Shown here in pieces: positions 18,016 to 32,222 of a stretch of DNA of 64,000 bases (its first letter is position 1; every line of letters starts with the position of its first letter). The notes below the pieces were generated by a model. It was not told where the DNA came from. It saw nothing but the letters and a program-made list of their open reading frames with translations, and ran no database searches. Source of the DNA: Deltaproteobacteria bacterium (GTDB lineage: Bacteria; Desulfobacterota; Desulfuromonadia; Geobacterales; JAJYBI01); the NCBI GenBank assembly GCA_021779095.1, contig JAJYBI010000007.1:56415-120414 (forward strand), written 5' to 3'. The position numbers and the translations under genes were made by a program.

Positions 18016-19398
18016 ATGGAGCATCAGGTAACGCATTACATGCAGGCTCATAGACTCCTGTCCACCGGCAGTACGGTGGTGGTTGCCGTATCCGGCGGTG
18101 CCGATTCCGTTGCCCTTGTCGATTTTCTCGTTTCGCGTGCGGAGCTGCACCTGCGCCTGGTGGTTGCCCATCTGAACCACTGCCTGCGCGGGGGGGAGTC
18201 CGACGGCGATGAGGCGTTCGTTATTTCTCTCGCGGCATCCTACGGCATTCCGTGCGAATTGCGGCGTGTCGATGTGAGGGAACTCGCCCGGACGGCACGG
18301 CAGTCGCTGGAGGATGCAGGGCGCTCCGCCCGATACGCGTTTCTCGATGAGGTCGCCGACAGCTACGGTGCCCATGCGGTCGCACTGGCACATCATGCGG
18401 ACGACCAGGCGGAAACTGTGTTGATGCGTCTTTTGCGAGGAAGCGGCGGACGGGGGCTGGCCTCCATGTCCCCCCGTTCCCGGAACGGCAGGTACGTGCG
18501 GCCGTTTCTCTGTGTCACGAGGAGGGAGATCGAGGCGTATCTGCAGCGCAGACGGCTTTCGTACCGTCACGACCGAAGCAATGACGATACCGGTTACCTC
18601 AGGAACAGCATCCGTCACGAGCTCTTGCCGTTCCTGCAACGCTACAACCCGGAGATTGCCGCGCGGCTTGCGGATACCGCCGCCATACTCGCCGCGGACG
18701 AGGATCTGCTTGACGCCTCGACCGACGACTCCTTCGTCCGCTGTGGCGCGTTTGATAAGGACGGCGCCGTTCTTGCCGTAAGGGGGGTGCGGTGCGAACT
18801 CCCCGGCATGCGGATGCGGCTGTACCGTCGGGCGCTGCAGCGTGTGAACCCCGGTCTGGCCGGCATCTCACACCGGCATCTGGATGCCGTCGACGGTCTC
18901 GTCCTGTCGGAGGCTCCCAATGCCGAGCTGCACCTGCCGGGCGGGTGCCGGGTGGTGCGCAGCTACGACGGACTGGCTTTTCGTCGACAACCGGCCCATG
19001 CTCCCGCACCGTTTGCCGTGGAGATCCCCGGGCCGGGAGAGTATCCGCTCCCCAATGGCGCCAGCCTCGTGGTGACGTGCGCGGACTCCATCCCCGATCT
19101 CCCTGAGGATGGTGCGCGCCGTGCACTGTTCGATCTTGACGCGGTGCCGTTCCCCTGGCTGGTGCGCTCTTTCAGGCCCGGTGACCGTCTGCACCCCGCC
19201 GGCATGTCCGGCACGAAGAAGGTGAAGGAGCTGTTCATGGAACGGCGCGTTCCGCGCACGGAACGTGGCCGGATTCCGCTTCTTTTTCAGGGGGATCGTC
19301 TCCTCTGGGTCTGCGGGCTGCGCCGATCGACAGATGCGGTAACGGATACGCACACAGGGCGTCCGGTGGCGGTGGAGTTTCTTGACGAATTGCCGTAA
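18016..19398 (+). CDS. tilS: tRNA(Ile)-lysidine synthetase
   Basis: VAVSGGADS PP-loop, AHHADDQAETVL, RNSIRH; upstream of ftsH; exact start uncertain. Confidence 0.92.
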   Translation: MEHQVTHYMQAHRLLSTGSTVVVAVSGGADSVALVDFLVSRAELHLRLVVAHLNHCLRGGESDGDEAFVISLAASYGIPCELRRVDVRELARTARQSLEDAGRSARYAFLDEVADSYGAHAVALAHHADDQAETVLMRLLRGSGGRGLASMSPRSRNGRYVRPFLCVTRREIEAYLQRRRLSYRHDRSNDDTGYLRNSIRHELLPFLQRYNPEIAARLADTAAILAADEDLLDASTDDSFVRCGAFDKDGAVLAVRGVRCELPGMRMRLYRRALQRVNPGLAGISHRHLDAVDGLVLSEAPNAELHLPGGCRVVRSYDGLAFRRQPAHAPAPFAVEIPGPGEYPLPNGASLVVTCADSIPDLPEDGARRALFDLDAVPFPWLVRSFRPGDRLHPAGMSGTKKVKELFMERRVPRTERGRIPLLFQGDRLLWVCGLRRSTDAVTDTHTGRPVAVEFLDELP

Positions 19399-19479
19399 TC
19401 CGCTTGTCAAGCCGCAGCCATTGTGGTATTTTTCCCCTTCAAATCTCATCTGGAACCGTTAAAGTCCGGGAGGATACAC

Positions 19480-21303
<1,824 letters not shown>

Positions 21304-21311
21304 CGGACCGT

Positions 21312-22157
21312 ATGACGATGCACGGCATCTGGCGATTGCGGACGCGCACCATTGATCTGCAGCACCGGCCCTGTCTGATGGGCATTCTCAACGTAACCCC
21401 CGATTCGTTTTCCGACGGCAGCCGCTACTCCGATATCGATGCCGCCGTCGGCAAGGCGCTGGAAATGGAAGCGTCGGGGGCGGACATCATCGATGTCGGT
21501 GGCGAAAGCACCCGGCCCTCCGCCGCACCGGTCGACGAGGAAGAGGAGCTCCGTCGCGTCATACCGGTTATCCAGGCTCTCTCCCGACGGTTGTCCATCC
21601 CTCTGTCCATCGATACCTATAAGTCGCGGGTCGCCCGCGAGGCGCTGCAGGCCGGTGCGGAGATCGTGAACGACGTCAGTGCGTTCTCGTTCGATCCGGG
21701 CATGGCAGGTGTCGTCGCCGAGATCGGCGCAGGTGTCGTCCTGATGCACACCCGGGGACGGCCAACGGAGATGCAGCACGACACCTGCTACGTCGATCTG
21801 GTCGGCGAGATCGTTGAATCACTGCGCCGGTCGGTGGATATGGCGTGCGCGGCGGGCATCTCCCCGGACCGAGTCGTTGTCGACCCGGGGATCGGATTCG
21901 GCAAGGACCTGCAGGGAAACCTCACGCTCCTGAACCGGCTCGACGCGTTTGCCACACTCGGCTATCCGATCCTCGTCGGCACCTCGCGCAAGTCGTTCAT
22001 CGGGACACTGCTGGGGCGGTCACCTGACAATCGGCTGTTCGGCACTGCGGCGACGGTCTGTCTCGCGCTGGCGAAAGGTGCCGACGTTTTCCGGGTGCAC
22101 GACGTGCGCGAGATGCGGGATGTGCTGGATATGGCGGCGGCGGTGCTGCGCGCCTGA
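21312..22157 (+). CDS. folP: Dihydropteroate synthase
   Basis: MGILNVTPDSFSDG, GGESTRP, DPGIGFGK, SRKSFIG, RVHDV. Confidence 0.96.
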   Translation: MTMHGIWRLRTRTIDLQHRPCLMGILNVTPDSFSDGSRYSDIDAAVGKALEMEASGADIIDVGGESTRPSAAPVDEEEELRRVIPVIQALSRRLSIPLSIDTYKSRVAREALQAGAEIVNDVSAFSFDPGMAGVVAEIGAGVVLMHTRGRPTEMQHDTCYVDLVGEIVESLRRSVDMACAAGISPDRVVVDPGIGFGKDLQGNLTLLNRLDAFATLGYPILVGTSRKSFIGTLLGRSPDNRLFGTAATVCLALAKGADVFRVHDVREMRDVLDMAAAVLRA

Positions 22158-22204
22158 CGCCGGTCTGCCCCGCGGTAAACTATGCGTGACCAACGGATTT
22201 GACC

Positions 22205-22972
22205 ATGACACTGCTCTCCACCTACATCCCCGGTTGGCTGGTCAACATCATCGATATCGCCGTCGTTTCCGTTATCGTGTACCGTCTTTCCCTCCTGGCG
22301 CGCGGTGTGCTCGCAACCCGACTGCTCCTGAGTATAATTGGACTGCTGCTGATCTATTTCGTCGGCGAGATTGCGGGGTTGACGACCCTGCAGTGGCTGT
22401 TCAAGAGCCTGCTCTCCTCGTTTCTGGTCATCCTGATCGTCATATTCCATGCAGACGTGCGGCGAGCGTTATTTGCCCCCATGCGGCAGTCGACCGCCAA
22501 GGGGGCACGGCTGGACCTGGAGGAGATTGCCGCCGAGATTGCCACCGCTTCCGTATCTCTTGCCGGCAGGCAGATCGGCGCGCTCGTCGTCCTGGAGCGG
22601 GAGATGCCGCTCGATTCGTTGATTGCCGTCGGTACGGAGATCGATGCGAAGGTTACCAGTGAACTGATATCGTCCATCTTCCTGCCGTACTCACCGATCC
22701 ATGACGGTGCGGTGATCGTGCAACGGGGAAAACTGACCCGGGCCGGCTGTTTCCTGCCGCTAACCCAGAGTCACGAGGTGAGCAAGTCCCTCGGTTCGCG
22801 CCATCGAGCGGCGATCGGCCTGACGGAACTGGTGGATGCCGCCGTTGTCGTCGTCTCCGAGGAGACGGGGAAGATATCGGTGGTCGTGGGTGGGCGTATC
22901 ACCCGCGATCTCGACCTGGAAACCCTGAAGAAGGTGCTGGTGCGGTTGCTGGACACCGGCCGGACCGGATAG
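22205..22972 (+). CDS. cdaA: Membrane-bound diadenylate cyclase (DisA_N domain)
   Basis: Three N-terminal TM helices, HDGA and SRHRAA motifs, VSEETG. Confidence 0.9.
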   Translation: MTLLSTYIPGWLVNIIDIAVVSVIVYRLSLLARGVLATRLLLSIIGLLLIYFVGEIAGLTTLQWLFKSLLSSFLVILIVIFHADVRRALFAPMRQSTAKGARLDLEEIAAEIATASVSLAGRQIGALVVLEREMPLDSLIAVGTEIDAKVTSELISSIFLPYSPIHDGAVIVQRGKLTRAGCFLPLTQSHEVSKSLGSRHRAAIGLTELVDAAVVVVSEETGKISVVVGGRITRDLDLETLKKVLVRLLDTGRTG

Positions 22973-22976
22973 CGTC

Positions 22977-23381
22977 ATGATCGACTGGCTCAATACGAGG
23001 TCGGGACTCAAGTTTCTTTCCGTTCTGGTGGCTTCACTGCTCTGGCTGGCGGTCTATCTGGACGGCACGTCACAGCTGGATATCGCCGTGCCGGTGCGGA
23101 CGGTGAACGTACCGACGGGGCTCGTGATCCGGAATGCTCCCGTCAAGACCCTCTTCATTCGGCTCAGCGGACCGCGTGTGCGCCTCCTGTTTCTGGACCG
23201 GTGCCTGGATACGGTACGGCTCGACCTGGGGGGAGCGGGTGAGGGAGAAACGGTATTCACCAACCTCGGTATGCTGCTCCGGCTGCCCGACGATGTGCAC
23301 ATCAACCGGATCGCTCCCGCTACGGTGAGAATCATACTCGGCAGAGGGCACGGAACCTCGCCGACACAACCTGAATACTGA
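22977..23381 (+). CDS. Single-domain YbbR/CdaR-like protein
   Basis: N-terminal TM KFLSVLVASLLW plus YbbR-like domain; lies between cdaA and glmM. Confidence 0.75.
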   Translation: MIDWLNTRSGLKFLSVLVASLLWLAVYLDGTSQLDIAVPVRTVNVPTGLVIRNAPVKTLFIRLSGPRVRLLFLDRCLDTVRLDLGGAGEGETVFTNLGMLLRLPDDVHINRIAPATVRIILGRGHGTSPTQPEY

Positions 23382-23393
23382 GGATAAACTGAT

Positions 23394-24749
23394 ATGAAGA
23401 AGCTGTTCGGAACCGACGGGGTGCGCGGCGTGGCGAACGTCTACCCCATGACTACGGAAATGGCCATGCAGATAGGACGCGCCGCCGCCTACGTCTTCAA
23501 GGACGGCCAGAAGCGGCACCGGATCGTCATCGGCAAGGATACGCGCCTGTCCGGCTACATGATCGAAAACGCCCTGGCTGCCGGCATCTGTTCCATGGGG
23601 GTGGATGTGCTGCTGGTGGGACCGCTCCCCACCCCCGGGATTGCCAATATCACCTCGTCCATGCGTGCGGATGCGGGGGTAGTCATCTCAGCGTCACACA
23701 ACCCGTTCCAGGACAACGGCATCAAGTTCTTCTCGCGTGACGGGTTCAAGCTCCCCGACGAACTGGAGTTCCGGATCGAGGAGCTGATCTTCTCCAAGAA
23801 GATCGATTCGCTCCGTCCCGTCGCAAGCGAGGTGGGGAAGGCGTACCGGATCGACGACGCGGTGGGGCGGTATGTGGTCTTCCTGAAGAATGCGTTTCCC
23901 CAGGAGCTGGATCTGGCCGGGATGAAGATCGTACTGGACTGCGCGAACGGCGCCGCTTACAAGGTCGCCCCCGCCGTGTTCGAGGAGCTGGGGGCCGAAG
24001 TGATCTCCCTCGGCGTGAAGCCCAACGGCACCAATATCAACGCCGGCTGCGGTTCGCTCTATCCCGAGGTGATCAGCGAGGCGGTGAAGGAGCACCGGGC
24101 GGATATCGGCATCGCCCTGGACGGTGACGCCGATCGGGTCATCGTCTGCGACGAGTTCGGCAACGAGGTGGACGGCGACCAGATCATGGCGATCTGCGCC
24201 CTCGACATGCTGCGGCAGAAGACGCTCAGCAAGAACACCCTGGTGGCCACCGTCATGAGCAACATGGGGCTGGATATCGCACTGAAGAAGGCCGGCGGCA
24301 AGGTGATCAAGACCGCGGTCGGCGACCGGTACGTGGTGGAGGAGATGCGCAAGGGAGGGTACAACCTGGGTGGCGAGCAGTCCGGACACATGATCTTCCT
24401 GGACCACAACACCACCGGCGATGGGATACTGTCGGCCCTGCAGCTCCTGGCTGTCATGCGCCGGAGCGACAAGAGGCTCTCCGAGCTGTCGGGGGTGATG
24501 ATCCGGCTGCCCCAGGTGCTGGTCAACGTGCGGGTGGCGGAGAAGAAGGATATCATGACCGTCCCCGAGATCGCCGCCCTGATCCGGGGTGTCGAGGGGA
24601 AACTGGGTGACGAGGGGCGGATACTCATCCGCTATTCGGGGACCGAGCCGCTTCTACGGATCATGCTGGAAGGGCAGGATGCCTATCAGATCAACGTATG
24701 GGCCAAGGAGATCGCGGCGCTGGTCGAACGCTCTATGGGGGAGAAATAA
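23394..24749 (+). CDS. glmM: Phosphoglucosamine mutase
   Basis: [34 protein letters not shown]. Confidence 0.97.
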   Translation: MKKLFGTDGVRGVANVYPMTTEMAMQIGRAAAYVFKDGQKRHRIVIGKDTRLSGYMIENALAAGICSMGVDVLLVGPLPTPGIANITSSMRADAGVVISASHNPFQDNGIKFFSRDGFKLPDELEFRIEELIFSKKIDSLRPVASEVGKAYRIDDAVGRYVVFLKNAFPQELDLAGMKIVLDCANGAAYKVAPAVFEELGAEVISLGVKPNGTNINAGCGSLYPEVISEAVKEHRADIGIALDGDADRVIVCDEFGNEVDGDQIMAICALDMLRQKTLSKNTLVATVMSNMGLDIALKKAGGKVIKTAVGDRYVVEEMRKGGYNLGGEQSGHMIFLDHNTTGDGILSALQLLAVMRRSDKRLSELSGVMIRLPQVLVNVRVAEKKDIMTVPEIAALIRGVEGKLGDEGRILIRYSGTEPLLRIMLEGQDAYQINVWAKEIAALVERSMGEK

Positions 24750-24752
24750 CGC

Positions 24753-25472
24753 ATGGCACGTCTTGGGGTAAATATCGATCACGTTGCCACCATCCGGCAG
24801 GCACGGGGCGGCAACGAACCGGACCCGGTGGCCGCCGCCGCCATCGCGGAGCTGGCGGGTGCCGACGGCATCACGATCCATCTGCGTGAGGACCGCCGTC
24901 ATATCCAGGACCGTGATCTGCGGCTCATCCGCGAGACGGTGAAGACCCGCCTGAATCTGGAGATGGCGGCGACGGAAGAGATGATCGGTATCGCCCTGTC
25001 GGTGAAACCGGACATGTGTACCCTGGTGCCGGAGAAGCGTCAGGAGCTCACGACCGAGGGGGGGCTGGACGTGCGGGTCAACCTGCAGCAGGTAACCTCG
25101 GCGGTGGAGCGGCTGCAGGACGGCGGGCTGATCGTCAGCCTGTTCATCGATCCGGACCCCGACCAGGTGAAGGCGGCGAACAAGGTCGGCGCCGACTACG
25201 TGGAGTTCCATACCGGGACCTTCGCCGACGCCCCCGACTGGAAGCGGGAGGAGGAAGAGCTCCTCCGGATCGGCAACGCGGTGAAACTTGCGGCGAAGCT
25301 CGGCATCGGGGTCAACGCCGGCCATGGCCTTAACTATGCGAACATCAAGAAGGTGGCGGCTCTGGGCGGCATCGAGGAGTTCAACATCGGCCATTCCATC
25401 ATCTCCCGGGCGGTGCTCGTCGGGCTCGACCGTGCCGTGCGCGACATGGTGGACCTGATCAAGTACGCGTGA
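24753..25472 (+). CDS. pdxJ: Pyridoxine 5'-phosphate synthase
   Basis: [35 protein letters not shown]. Confidence 0.97.
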   Translation: MARLGVNIDHVATIRQARGGNEPDPVAAAAIAELAGADGITIHLREDRRHIQDRDLRLIRETVKTRLNLEMAATEEMIGIALSVKPDMCTLVPEKRQELTTEGGLDVRVNLQQVTSAVERLQDGGLIVSLFIDPDPDQVKAANKVGADYVEFHTGTFADAPDWKREEEELLRIGNAVKLAAKLGIGVNAGHGLNYANIKKVAALGGIEEFNIGHSIISRAVLVGLDRAVRDMVDLIKYA

Positions 25473-25484
25473 CGGCGGACGGGT

Positions 25485-25865
25485 ATGATTCGAGGGACGG
25501 GAATCGATATCGTCGAAATCGGCCGGTTTGAACGGTTTGTCAGCGAGGGGAACAGTTCCCTCCTGGAACGGCTGTTCACGCCGGGGGAGCGCGAACTCTG
25601 CGCCGGTCGGCGCAAGAGTGCCGAGTGCTACGCCAGCCGATTCGCCGCGAAGGAGGCGTTTCTGAAGGCGCTGGGGACGGGGCTGCGGGACGGCATTACC
25701 TGGCACGATATGGAGGTGGTGGGAGACCGGCTCGGCAGGCCGTCGATCGTCCTGTCCGGCCGGGCGGAGGAGCTGTACCGTGAGCAAGATCTCACCGGCT
25801 GTTTTCTTTCCCTGTCCCACGACGGCGGCAGTGCCGTCGCGATGGTCGTACTGGAGGGTGCGTGA
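25485..25865 (+). CDS. acpS: Holo-[ACP] synthase
   Basis: [26 protein letters not shown]. Confidence 0.95.
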   Translation: MIRGTGIDIVEIGRFERFVSEGNSSLLERLFTPGERELCAGRRKSAECYASRFAAKEAFLKALGTGLRDGITWHDMEVVGDRLGRPSIVLSGRAEELYREQDLTGCFLSLSHDGGSAVAMVVLEGA

Positions 25866-27442
25866 AGGTCGTTACCGCACATGCCATGCAGGATATGGAT
25901 CGCCGTGCCATCGAGGAAGCCGGTATTCCCGGCACTGTGCTCATGGAGAACGCCGGCCGGGGGTGCGCGGACGAGATCGTCGCGGAGTTCGGTCTGCGCG
26001 GGCGGGCGGTGATCCTGTCCGGCAAGGGGAACAACGGCGGCGACGGGTACGTGATTGCCCGTCTCCTGAGCCAGAAGGGGTGGCAGGTCCGGGTCGTCGT
26101 GCTCTGCACCCGCGACCGGATCACCGGCGATGCCGCCACCAACCTGGCGCTGCTCCCCGAGTCGATGGTGGCGTACTGTCACGAGGAGGGGCTTCTTGCC
26201 TCCCTGTATATGGAAGAGCTCTTCCGTGCCGATGTGATCGTCGATGCCCTTTTGGGAACCGGCCTGCGCAGCGATGTGAGCAGCTTCTACCGCGAGGCGA
26301 TCGAGCTGGTCAATGCATCGGGACGACCGGTTGTGTCGGTGGATATCCCGACCGGTATTCATGCCACCACCGGCAGGATCCTGGGGGCCGCCGTCCGTGC
26401 CTACATCACCGTGACCTTTGCCTGCGCCAAGCTGGGACATGTACTGTTTCCCGGTGCCGAACATACCGGTCGTCTCGCCGTGGTGGATATCGGCATCCCC
26501 GCCGAGCTTATGCAGGAGGCCCCGGGGTACGAATTCCTGAACGATGAAAGCATCAGGCCGCTTCTGCGCCGCCGCGACCGTCTCGCCCACAAGGGGACCT
26601 TCGGTCATTGCCTGATCGTTGCCGGTTCCACCGGCAAGACGGGTGCCGCTGCGCTGTGTGCCAACAGTACGGTCCGGGCCGGTGCCGGTCTCGTCACCCT
26701 GGGGGTGGCGGAGTCGCTGCACCGGATACTCGAGGTGAAGACCACCGAGGTGATGACCGTTCCGCTTCCCGATGCGGGCAACGGTTATCTGACGAACAGC
26801 GCCTTCCCGACCATCGAGAGGCTGCTGGAGGGGCGGGACGCGGTCGCCGTCGGTCCCGGCATCGACCGGCATCCGGGGACGGTTGCACTCGTCCAGCAGC
26901 TCGTGGCATCGGTGGCGTGCCCGCTGGTCATCGATGCGGACGGTCTGAATGCCCTGGCGGAAGATATCTCCGTATTGCGTGGCGCGAAGTCGCGCAGTAT
27001 CGTGCTGACACCCCATCCCGGCGAGATGGCGCGTCTCCTGGGAACGTCGGTTCCCGACGTGGAGGCGATCCGGATTTCCGTCGCAGAGGAGTTCGCCCGG
27101 GAGTACGGTGTGTACCTCGTCCTCAAAGGGGCACGAACGATCATCGCCTCCCCCGACGGTATCTCGGCGATCAACGGCAGCGGCAACCCGGGGATGGCTA
27201 CCGGCGGAATGGGTGACGTCCTGACCGGCATCATCGTATCGCTCATGGGGCAGGGGTACAGTGCCTGGGACGCCAGCCGCATGGGGGTCTTCATCCATGG
27301 CTATGCGGCGGACATGATCGCTGAGGAAAAGGGCGAGATCGGCATGACGGCGACCGACGTCATGGAGAAGCTGCCGTATGTATTCAACAAGCTGCTGAAA
27401 AATACCCTGCTCTCCGCGTTCAGGACGATCGGAGACCTGTAG
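25862..27442 (+). CDS. nnr: Bifunctional NAD(P)HX epimerase/dehydratase
   Basis: [50 protein letters not shown]. Confidence 0.93.
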   Translation: MKVVTAHAMQDMDRRAIEEAGIPGTVLMENAGRGCADEIVAEFGLRGRAVILSGKGNNGGDGYVIARLLSQKGWQVRVVVLCTRDRITGDAATNLALLPESMVAYCHEEGLLASLYMEELFRADVIVDALLGTGLRSDVSSFYREAIELVNASGRPVVSVDIPTGIHATTGRILGAAVRAYITVTFACAKLGHVLFPGAEHTGRLAVVDIGIPAELMQEAPGYEFLNDESIRPLLRRRDRLAHKGTFGHCLIVAGSTGKTGAAALCANSTVRAGAGLVTLGVAESLHRILEVKTTEVMTVPLPDAGNGYLTNSAFPTIERLLEGRDAVAVGPGIDRHPGTVALVQQLVASVACPLVIDADGLNALAEDISVLRGAKSRSIVLTPHPGEMARLLGTSVPDVEAIRISVAEEFAREYGVYLVLKGARTIIASPDGISAINGSGNPGMATGGMGDVLTGIIVSLMGQGYSAWDASRMGVFIHGYAADMIAEEKGEIGMTATDVMEKLPYVFNKLLKNTLLSAFRTIGDL

Positions 27443-27460
27443 GTCCGAAGGAGAACAACA

Positions 27461-27913
27461 ATGCTGACTGCACAAGATGTGATGACACGTGACGTGGTAA
27501 CGGTGACGAAGGAAACGACCGTACGCGACTTGGCCGAGATCTTTACGACGCGAAAGATCAGTACCGTTCCCGTTCTCGACGGAAACGGAAACCTCGCCGG
27601 GGTCGTTACCGAATCGGATCTGATTGAACAGGACCGCAATCTTCATATCCCCACGGTCATTTCGCTGTTCGACTGGGTCATCTATCTGGAGAGCGGCAAG
27701 AAATTCGAGCAGCAGCTGAAGAAGATGACCGGCCAGACGGTGGGTGATATCTACCAGCAAGAGGTAGTGACGGTGGCCCTGTCGTCACCGGTAAGCGAGA
27801 TAGCGGAACTGATGACCCGGCACCGGATCCATTCGATCCCCGTGGTGGAGGGGGAGAAGGTCGTCGGGATCGTGGCGCGAATCGATCTGATCCGCTCCAT
27901 GGCCGGCAACTAG
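27461..27913 (+). CDS. CBS-pair domain protein
   Basis: Two CBS repeats (PVLD..GVVTESDL; IPVV..GIVARIDL). Confidence 0.9.
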   Translation: MLTAQDVMTRDVVTVTKETTVRDLAEIFTTRKISTVPVLDGNGNLAGVVTESDLIEQDRNLHIPTVISLFDWVIYLESGKKFEQQLKKMTGQTVGDIYQQEVVTVALSSPVSEIAELMTRHRIHSIPVVEGEKVVGIVARIDLIRSMAGN

Positions 27914-27918
27914 CGGCC

Positions 27919-28386
27919 ATGGTGGAGGTGACGACCGGTTCGGAGGCGGAGACCCGCCAGCTCGGCGAACGGCTCGGCCGGCTTCTTGAGGGGGGCGATT
28001 TCATTACCCTGACCGGTGAGTTGGGTGCCGGCAAGACCCAGTTCACCAAGGGGATCGCCGGTGGACTCGGCGTGGCATCCGCCCGGTATCTGGGTAGTCC
28101 GACCTATACCCTCATGAACCAGTACACCGGCCGCGTACCGCTGTATCATTTCGATCTGTACCGGCTGGAAGGACCCGACGACATCTACGATCTCGGGTTC
28201 GACGACTATTTTCACGGTGATGGTGTTGTCGTGGTTGAATGGGCAGACCGCCTCGGAGAGACGCTTCCCACAGAACGGTTGGACATTATTATTTCGTATC
28301 TTTCAGATGAGGGGCGTCTTATCAGGTTCGAATCCGACTCTGCCAGATTCGACGGGCTTTTGCAGGAATTATTCTCCCCCAAATAA
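27919..28386 (+). CDS. tsaE: tRNA threonylcarbamoyladenosine biosynthesis ATPase
   Basis: GELGAGKT, SPTYTL, HFDLYRL, VEW. Confidence 0.95.
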   Translation: MVEVTTGSEAETRQLGERLGRLLEGGDFITLTGELGAGKTQFTKGIAGGLGVASARYLGSPTYTLMNQYTGRVPLYHFDLYRLEGPDDIYDLGFDDYFHGDGVVVVEWADRLGETLPTERLDIIISYLSDEGRLIRFESDSARFDGLLQELFSPK

Positions 28387-28399
28387 ATAAAAAAATGTT

Positions 28400-28428
28400 T
28401 TGACCGTATAGCTTATTCCTGATAAAAA
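28400..28428 (+). promoter_or_regulatory. Putative sigma70 promoter of lysC
   Basis: TTGACC-N17-TAAAAA with an A-tract UP-like element upstream. Confidence 0.5.
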
Positions 28429-28494
28429 CACTGTTTACGAATCATGACGCAGGTGCGGCCAGGCCGTTATCTGCCTAGCGAAGGAGGAGTTCTG

Positions 28495-29724
28495 ATGGCA
28501 CTGGTTGTCCAGAAATACGGCGGTACTTCCATGGGGAGTATCGAGCGGATCAAGAATGTCGCCAAGCGTGTCGCCAAAACCTATGATGCCGGCAACGACA
28601 TGATCGTCGTCGTATCGGCCATGTCCGGCGAGACGAACAAACTGGTCGCACTGGCGAACGAGATGTGCGAGTTCCCCGATAACAGCGAATACGATGTGCT
28701 CGTGGCGTCAGGTGAACAGGTATCCATCGCCCTCCTCTCCATCTGCCTCAAGTCCATGGGGTACAAGGCCAAGTCCTATCATGGCTGGCAGGTGCCGATC
28801 GTGACCGACAGCTCGTACAGCAAGGCGCGTATCGAAAAGATCGACGACGCGAATATCCGCGCCGATCTCAAGGATGGCAGCATCGTCGTCCTGGCCGGGT
28901 TCCAGGGGGTCGACGCGCAGAACCGGATCACCACACTCGGTCGCGGCGGTTCGGATACCTCTGCGGTGGCGATCGCCGCCGCTCTCAATGCGGACGTGTG
29001 CGAGATCTTCACCGATGTGGACGGTGTCTATACCACCGACCCGAATATCTGCAGCGACGCACGCAAGGTGGAAAAGATCTCCTACGACGAGATGCTTGAA
29101 CTCGCCAGTCTCGGGGCGAAGGTGCTCCAGATCCGTTCGGTTGAGTTCGCCAAGAAGTACAACGTGGATATCCACGTCCGTTCGAGTTTCAATGAAAATA
29201 TGGGAACGATGGTTACCAAGGAGGATAAGGATATGGAAGCAGTACTCGTTTCGGGAATCGCCTACGACAAGAATGAAACCAAGATCGCCGTGATGCGGGT
29301 GCCGGACAAGCCGGGTATTGCCGCCAAGATCCTGTCGCCGCTGTCCGATGCCAATATCTCGGTAGATATGATCGTTCAGAACGTGAGCGACGAAGGGTAC
29401 ACCGACTTCACCTTTACGGTGACCAAGGCCGATTTCAAGAAGGCGCTGGTCATCACCAAAGAGTCCGCCGCCGCTGTGGACGCCAAGGAGGTGCTGACGG
29501 ACGAGAACATCAGCAAGATCTCCGTTGTCGGCGTCGGGATGCGCAGCCACGCCGGTGTTGCCACGAAGATGTTCGAGACACTCGCCAAGGAAGGGATCAA
29601 TATCCAGATGATTTCCACCTCCGAGATCAAGGTGTCGGTCGTCGTCGATGCGAAGTACACCGAGCTGGCTGTCCGTGTACTCCACGACGCCTTCGGACTG
29701 GCTGACGGCGTTGCTCAGGCTTAG
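28495..29724 (+). CDS. lysC: Aspartate kinase
   Basis: [21 protein letters not shown], two ACT domains; AGGAGG RBS. Confidence 0.95.
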   Translation: MALVVQKYGGTSMGSIERIKNVAKRVAKTYDAGNDMIVVVSAMSGETNKLVALANEMCEFPDNSEYDVLVASGEQVSIALLSICLKSMGYKAKSYHGWQVPIVTDSSYSKARIEKIDDANIRADLKDGSIVVLAGFQGVDAQNRITTLGRGGSDTSAVAIAAALNADVCEIFTDVDGVYTTDPNICSDARKVEKISYDEMLELASLGAKVLQIRSVEFAKKYNVDIHVRSSFNENMGTMVTKEDKDMEAVLVSGIAYDKNETKIAVMRVPDKPGIAAKILSPLSDANISVDMIVQNVSDEGYTDFTFTVTKADFKKALVITKESAAAVDAKEVLTDENISKISVVGVGMRSHAGVATKMFETLAKEGINIQMISTSEIKVSVVVDAKYTELAVRVLHDAFGLADGVAQA

Positions 29725-29764
29725 CACCGGGATATTCTTTTCACACGTATGTGAGGAATGAACT

Positions 29765-31351
29765 ATGAGCATGGTGAAACTGTACGATACGACCCTTCGT
29801 GACGGTACGCAGGCAGAAGATATTTCCTTTCTGGTGGAAGATAAACTACGTATCGCGCACCGCCTCGATGAACTGGGAATCCACTACATCGAGGGGGGGT
29901 GGCCGGGGAGCAATCCCAAGGATGTCTCGTTTTTCAAGGACATCAAGAAGGAAAGGCTTGAACAGGCGAAGATCGCGGCTTTCGGTTCCACCCGGCGCGC
30001 CAAGGTAACACCTGACAAGGATCAGAACATCCGTACGCTCGTACAGGCAGAGCCCGATGCCATCACCATATTCGGCAAGACGTGGGACTTTCACGTGCGC
30101 GAGGCGTTGCGTATCTCCCTCGATGAAAACCTGGAACTGATTTTCGATTCACTGGCATACCTGAAAAAACATGCCCCTGAGGTATTCTACGACGCGGAGC
30201 ACTTCTTCGATGGTTACAAGGCAAATCCGGACTATGCGATAAAGACCCTGCAGGCGGCACAGGACGCGAATGTGGATTGCATTATCCTGTGTGATACCAA
30301 CGGCGGTACTATGCCCCATGAGGTTGCCTCAATAATCGATGATGTGAAGAAACACATATCGACACCATTGGGGATTCATACCCACAACGATTCCGAGTGC
30401 GCGGTAGCGAACTCGCTAATGGCCGTTCATCATGGGATCGTCCAGGTACAGGGAACCATAAACGGTTTCGGGGAGCGGTGCGGAAATGCCAACCTCTGTT
30501 CGATCCTCCCCGCCCTGAAGCTGAAACTGAAGCACGACTGTATATCCGATGATCAGTTGAAGCGTCTGCGTGAACTGTCGCGGTTCGTCTATGAACTGGC
30601 GAACTTTTCGCCTCCGAAGCATCAGCCGTACGTGGGGAATGCGGCGTTCGCTCACAAAGGCGGTGTTCATGTCAGCGCGATACAGCGCCATCCTGAAACG
30701 TATGAGCACCTGCGTCCCGAACTGGTGGGCAATTCCACGCGCGTGCTGATCTCCGACCTGTCCGGTCGGTCAAACATCCTTGCCAAGGCTGAAGAGTTCA
30801 ATATCAATCTGGACAGCAAGGATCCGGTCACCCTGGATATCCTGGACAACATCAAGGATATGGAAAACCGTGGGTATCAGTTCGAGGGGGCGGAGGCGTC
30901 GTTCGAACTCCTCATGAAACGTGCGCTCGGTACACATCGAAAGTTTTTCTCCGTCGCCGGCTTTCGGGTCATAGATGAAAAGCGACACGAAGACCAGAAA
31001 CCGATCTCGGAAGCCACTATCATGGTGAAGGTAGGTGGTAAGGTTGAGCATACTGCGGCAGAGGGTACCGGCCCCGTCAATGCTCTGGATAACGCCCTCA
31101 GAAAGGCGCTGGAGAAGTTCTACCCTAAACTGAGAGACGTAAAGCTCCTCGATTATAAGGTGCGCGTCCTTCCGGCAGGACAGGGGACTGCATCCGCCAT
31201 ACGCGTGCTCATCGAGTCGGGCGATAAGGAGAGCCGCTGGGGGACGGTCGGTGTATCTGCGAATATCATCGATGCATCCTATCAGGCACTGATAGACAGT
31301 GTGGAATACAAGCTCCACAAAAGCGAGGATTCCACGACATCGCGTTCGTGA
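29765..31351 (+). CDS. cimA: Citramalate synthase
   Basis: [43 protein letters not shown]. Confidence 0.9.
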   Translation: MSMVKLYDTTLRDGTQAEDISFLVEDKLRIAHRLDELGIHYIEGGWPGSNPKDVSFFKDIKKERLEQAKIAAFGSTRRAKVTPDKDQNIRTLVQAEPDAITIFGKTWDFHVREALRISLDENLELIFDSLAYLKKHAPEVFYDAEHFFDGYKANPDYAIKTLQAAQDANVDCIILCDTNGGTMPHEVASIIDDVKKHISTPLGIHTHNDSECAVANSLMAVHHGIVQVQGTINGFGERCGNANLCSILPALKLKLKHDCISDDQLKRLRELSRFVYELANFSPPKHQPYVGNAAFAHKGGVHVSAIQRHPETYEHLRPELVGNSTRVLISDLSGRSNILAKAEEFNINLDSKDPVTLDILDNIKDMENRGYQFEGAEASFELLMKRALGTHRKFFSVAGFRVIDEKRHEDQKPISEATIMVKVGGKVEHTAAEGTGPVNALDNALRKALEKFYPKLRDVKLLDYKVRVLPAGQGTASAIRVLIESGDKESRWGTVGVSANIIDASYQALIDSVEYKLHKSEDSTTSRS

Positions 31352-31908
31352 TGGAGACCTGGTGTCGGCTGGCATGGTCCAGTCTTGTCATTCTGTTGCT
31401 CTTGCAAACCCTTAATCAAGGCCGTTCCGACTTCCATTCGCTGGGGGGCAGGGCGGCCTTTCTCCGTTCCGGCGGTAAAGCGGTACGTATCCGTATTGCC
31501 GGGCCTGTGGCTCAACAGGGAGTATATGACTTCCCGTCGGGGACGACACAGTTGGGCGCCATTAAATTGACGGTACCGGGTCGGTCCGACATTTCGCCCG
31601 AGTCAGTGGCCGCTTCGCCGGTTTTGACAGGAGGCGAAGTGGTTACTGTTGACGAAATTGCCGCACGAAACGACGTTATCACGGTTACAAGCATGCATGC
31701 TCGGGAGAGAATGCTGCTTGGGGTCCGGCTGGAGCCGAATAATATGGATATGGATGACTGGGAATCTCTTCCTGGCATCGGTCCTGCTCTGGCCAAGCGT
31801 ATCGTTGAGTATCGTCAAAATAATGGCGGTTATTGTTCGTTGGAGGACATTGCAACCGTGCCGGGAATAGGGAAGAAAAAATTTCTTGGTATAAGTAAAT
31901 ATTTCTAA
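31348..31908 (+). CDS. ComEA-like helix-hairpin-helix DNA-binding protein
   Basis: N-terminal [25 protein letters not shown]. Confidence 0.8.
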   Translation: MMETWCRLAWSSLVILLLLQTLNQGRSDFHSLGGRAAFLRSGGKAVRIRIAGPVAQQGVYDFPSGTTQLGAIKLTVPGRSDISPESVAASPVLTGGEVVTVDEIAARNDVITVTSMHARERMLLGVRLEPNNMDMDDWESLPGIGPALAKRIVEYRQNNGGYCSLEDIATVPGIGKKKFLGISKYF

Positions 31909-32039
31909 CCATGCAACATGCTGTAAATATTGAAGTGTTCTGTCTGTTGGGGATAAAGTTTGGTTTTTGGTCAAAACATGGCACGCAACCTGAATCTTTT
32001 AGTAGCACGCTAGTTACTCTATGCTCTAGGGGGTGTGCT

Positions 32040-32195
32040 ATGAAATGTCCAAAGTGCAAAGGTAGAATGTATTCGGAAAAGTTCTACGATTTCGTAAGGT
32101 CCTTTGATGCATGGAAATGTACCTGTTGCGGTGAGGTAGTTGACCCTACTATTCTTACGAACAGGGCGCGAAGCCACAATCTCTATCTCGGATAA
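32040..32195 (+). CDS. Small zinc-ribbon protein (51 aa)
   Basis: MKCPKCKGRM...WKCTCCGEVVDP; G-rich RBS and its own terminator. Confidence 0.8.
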   Translation: MKCPKCKGRMYSEKFYDFVRSFDAWKCTCCGEVVDPTILTNRARSHNLYLG

Positions 32196-32222
32196 TCTTC
32201 TGGGTAGTGCCATGAAGGGAAG

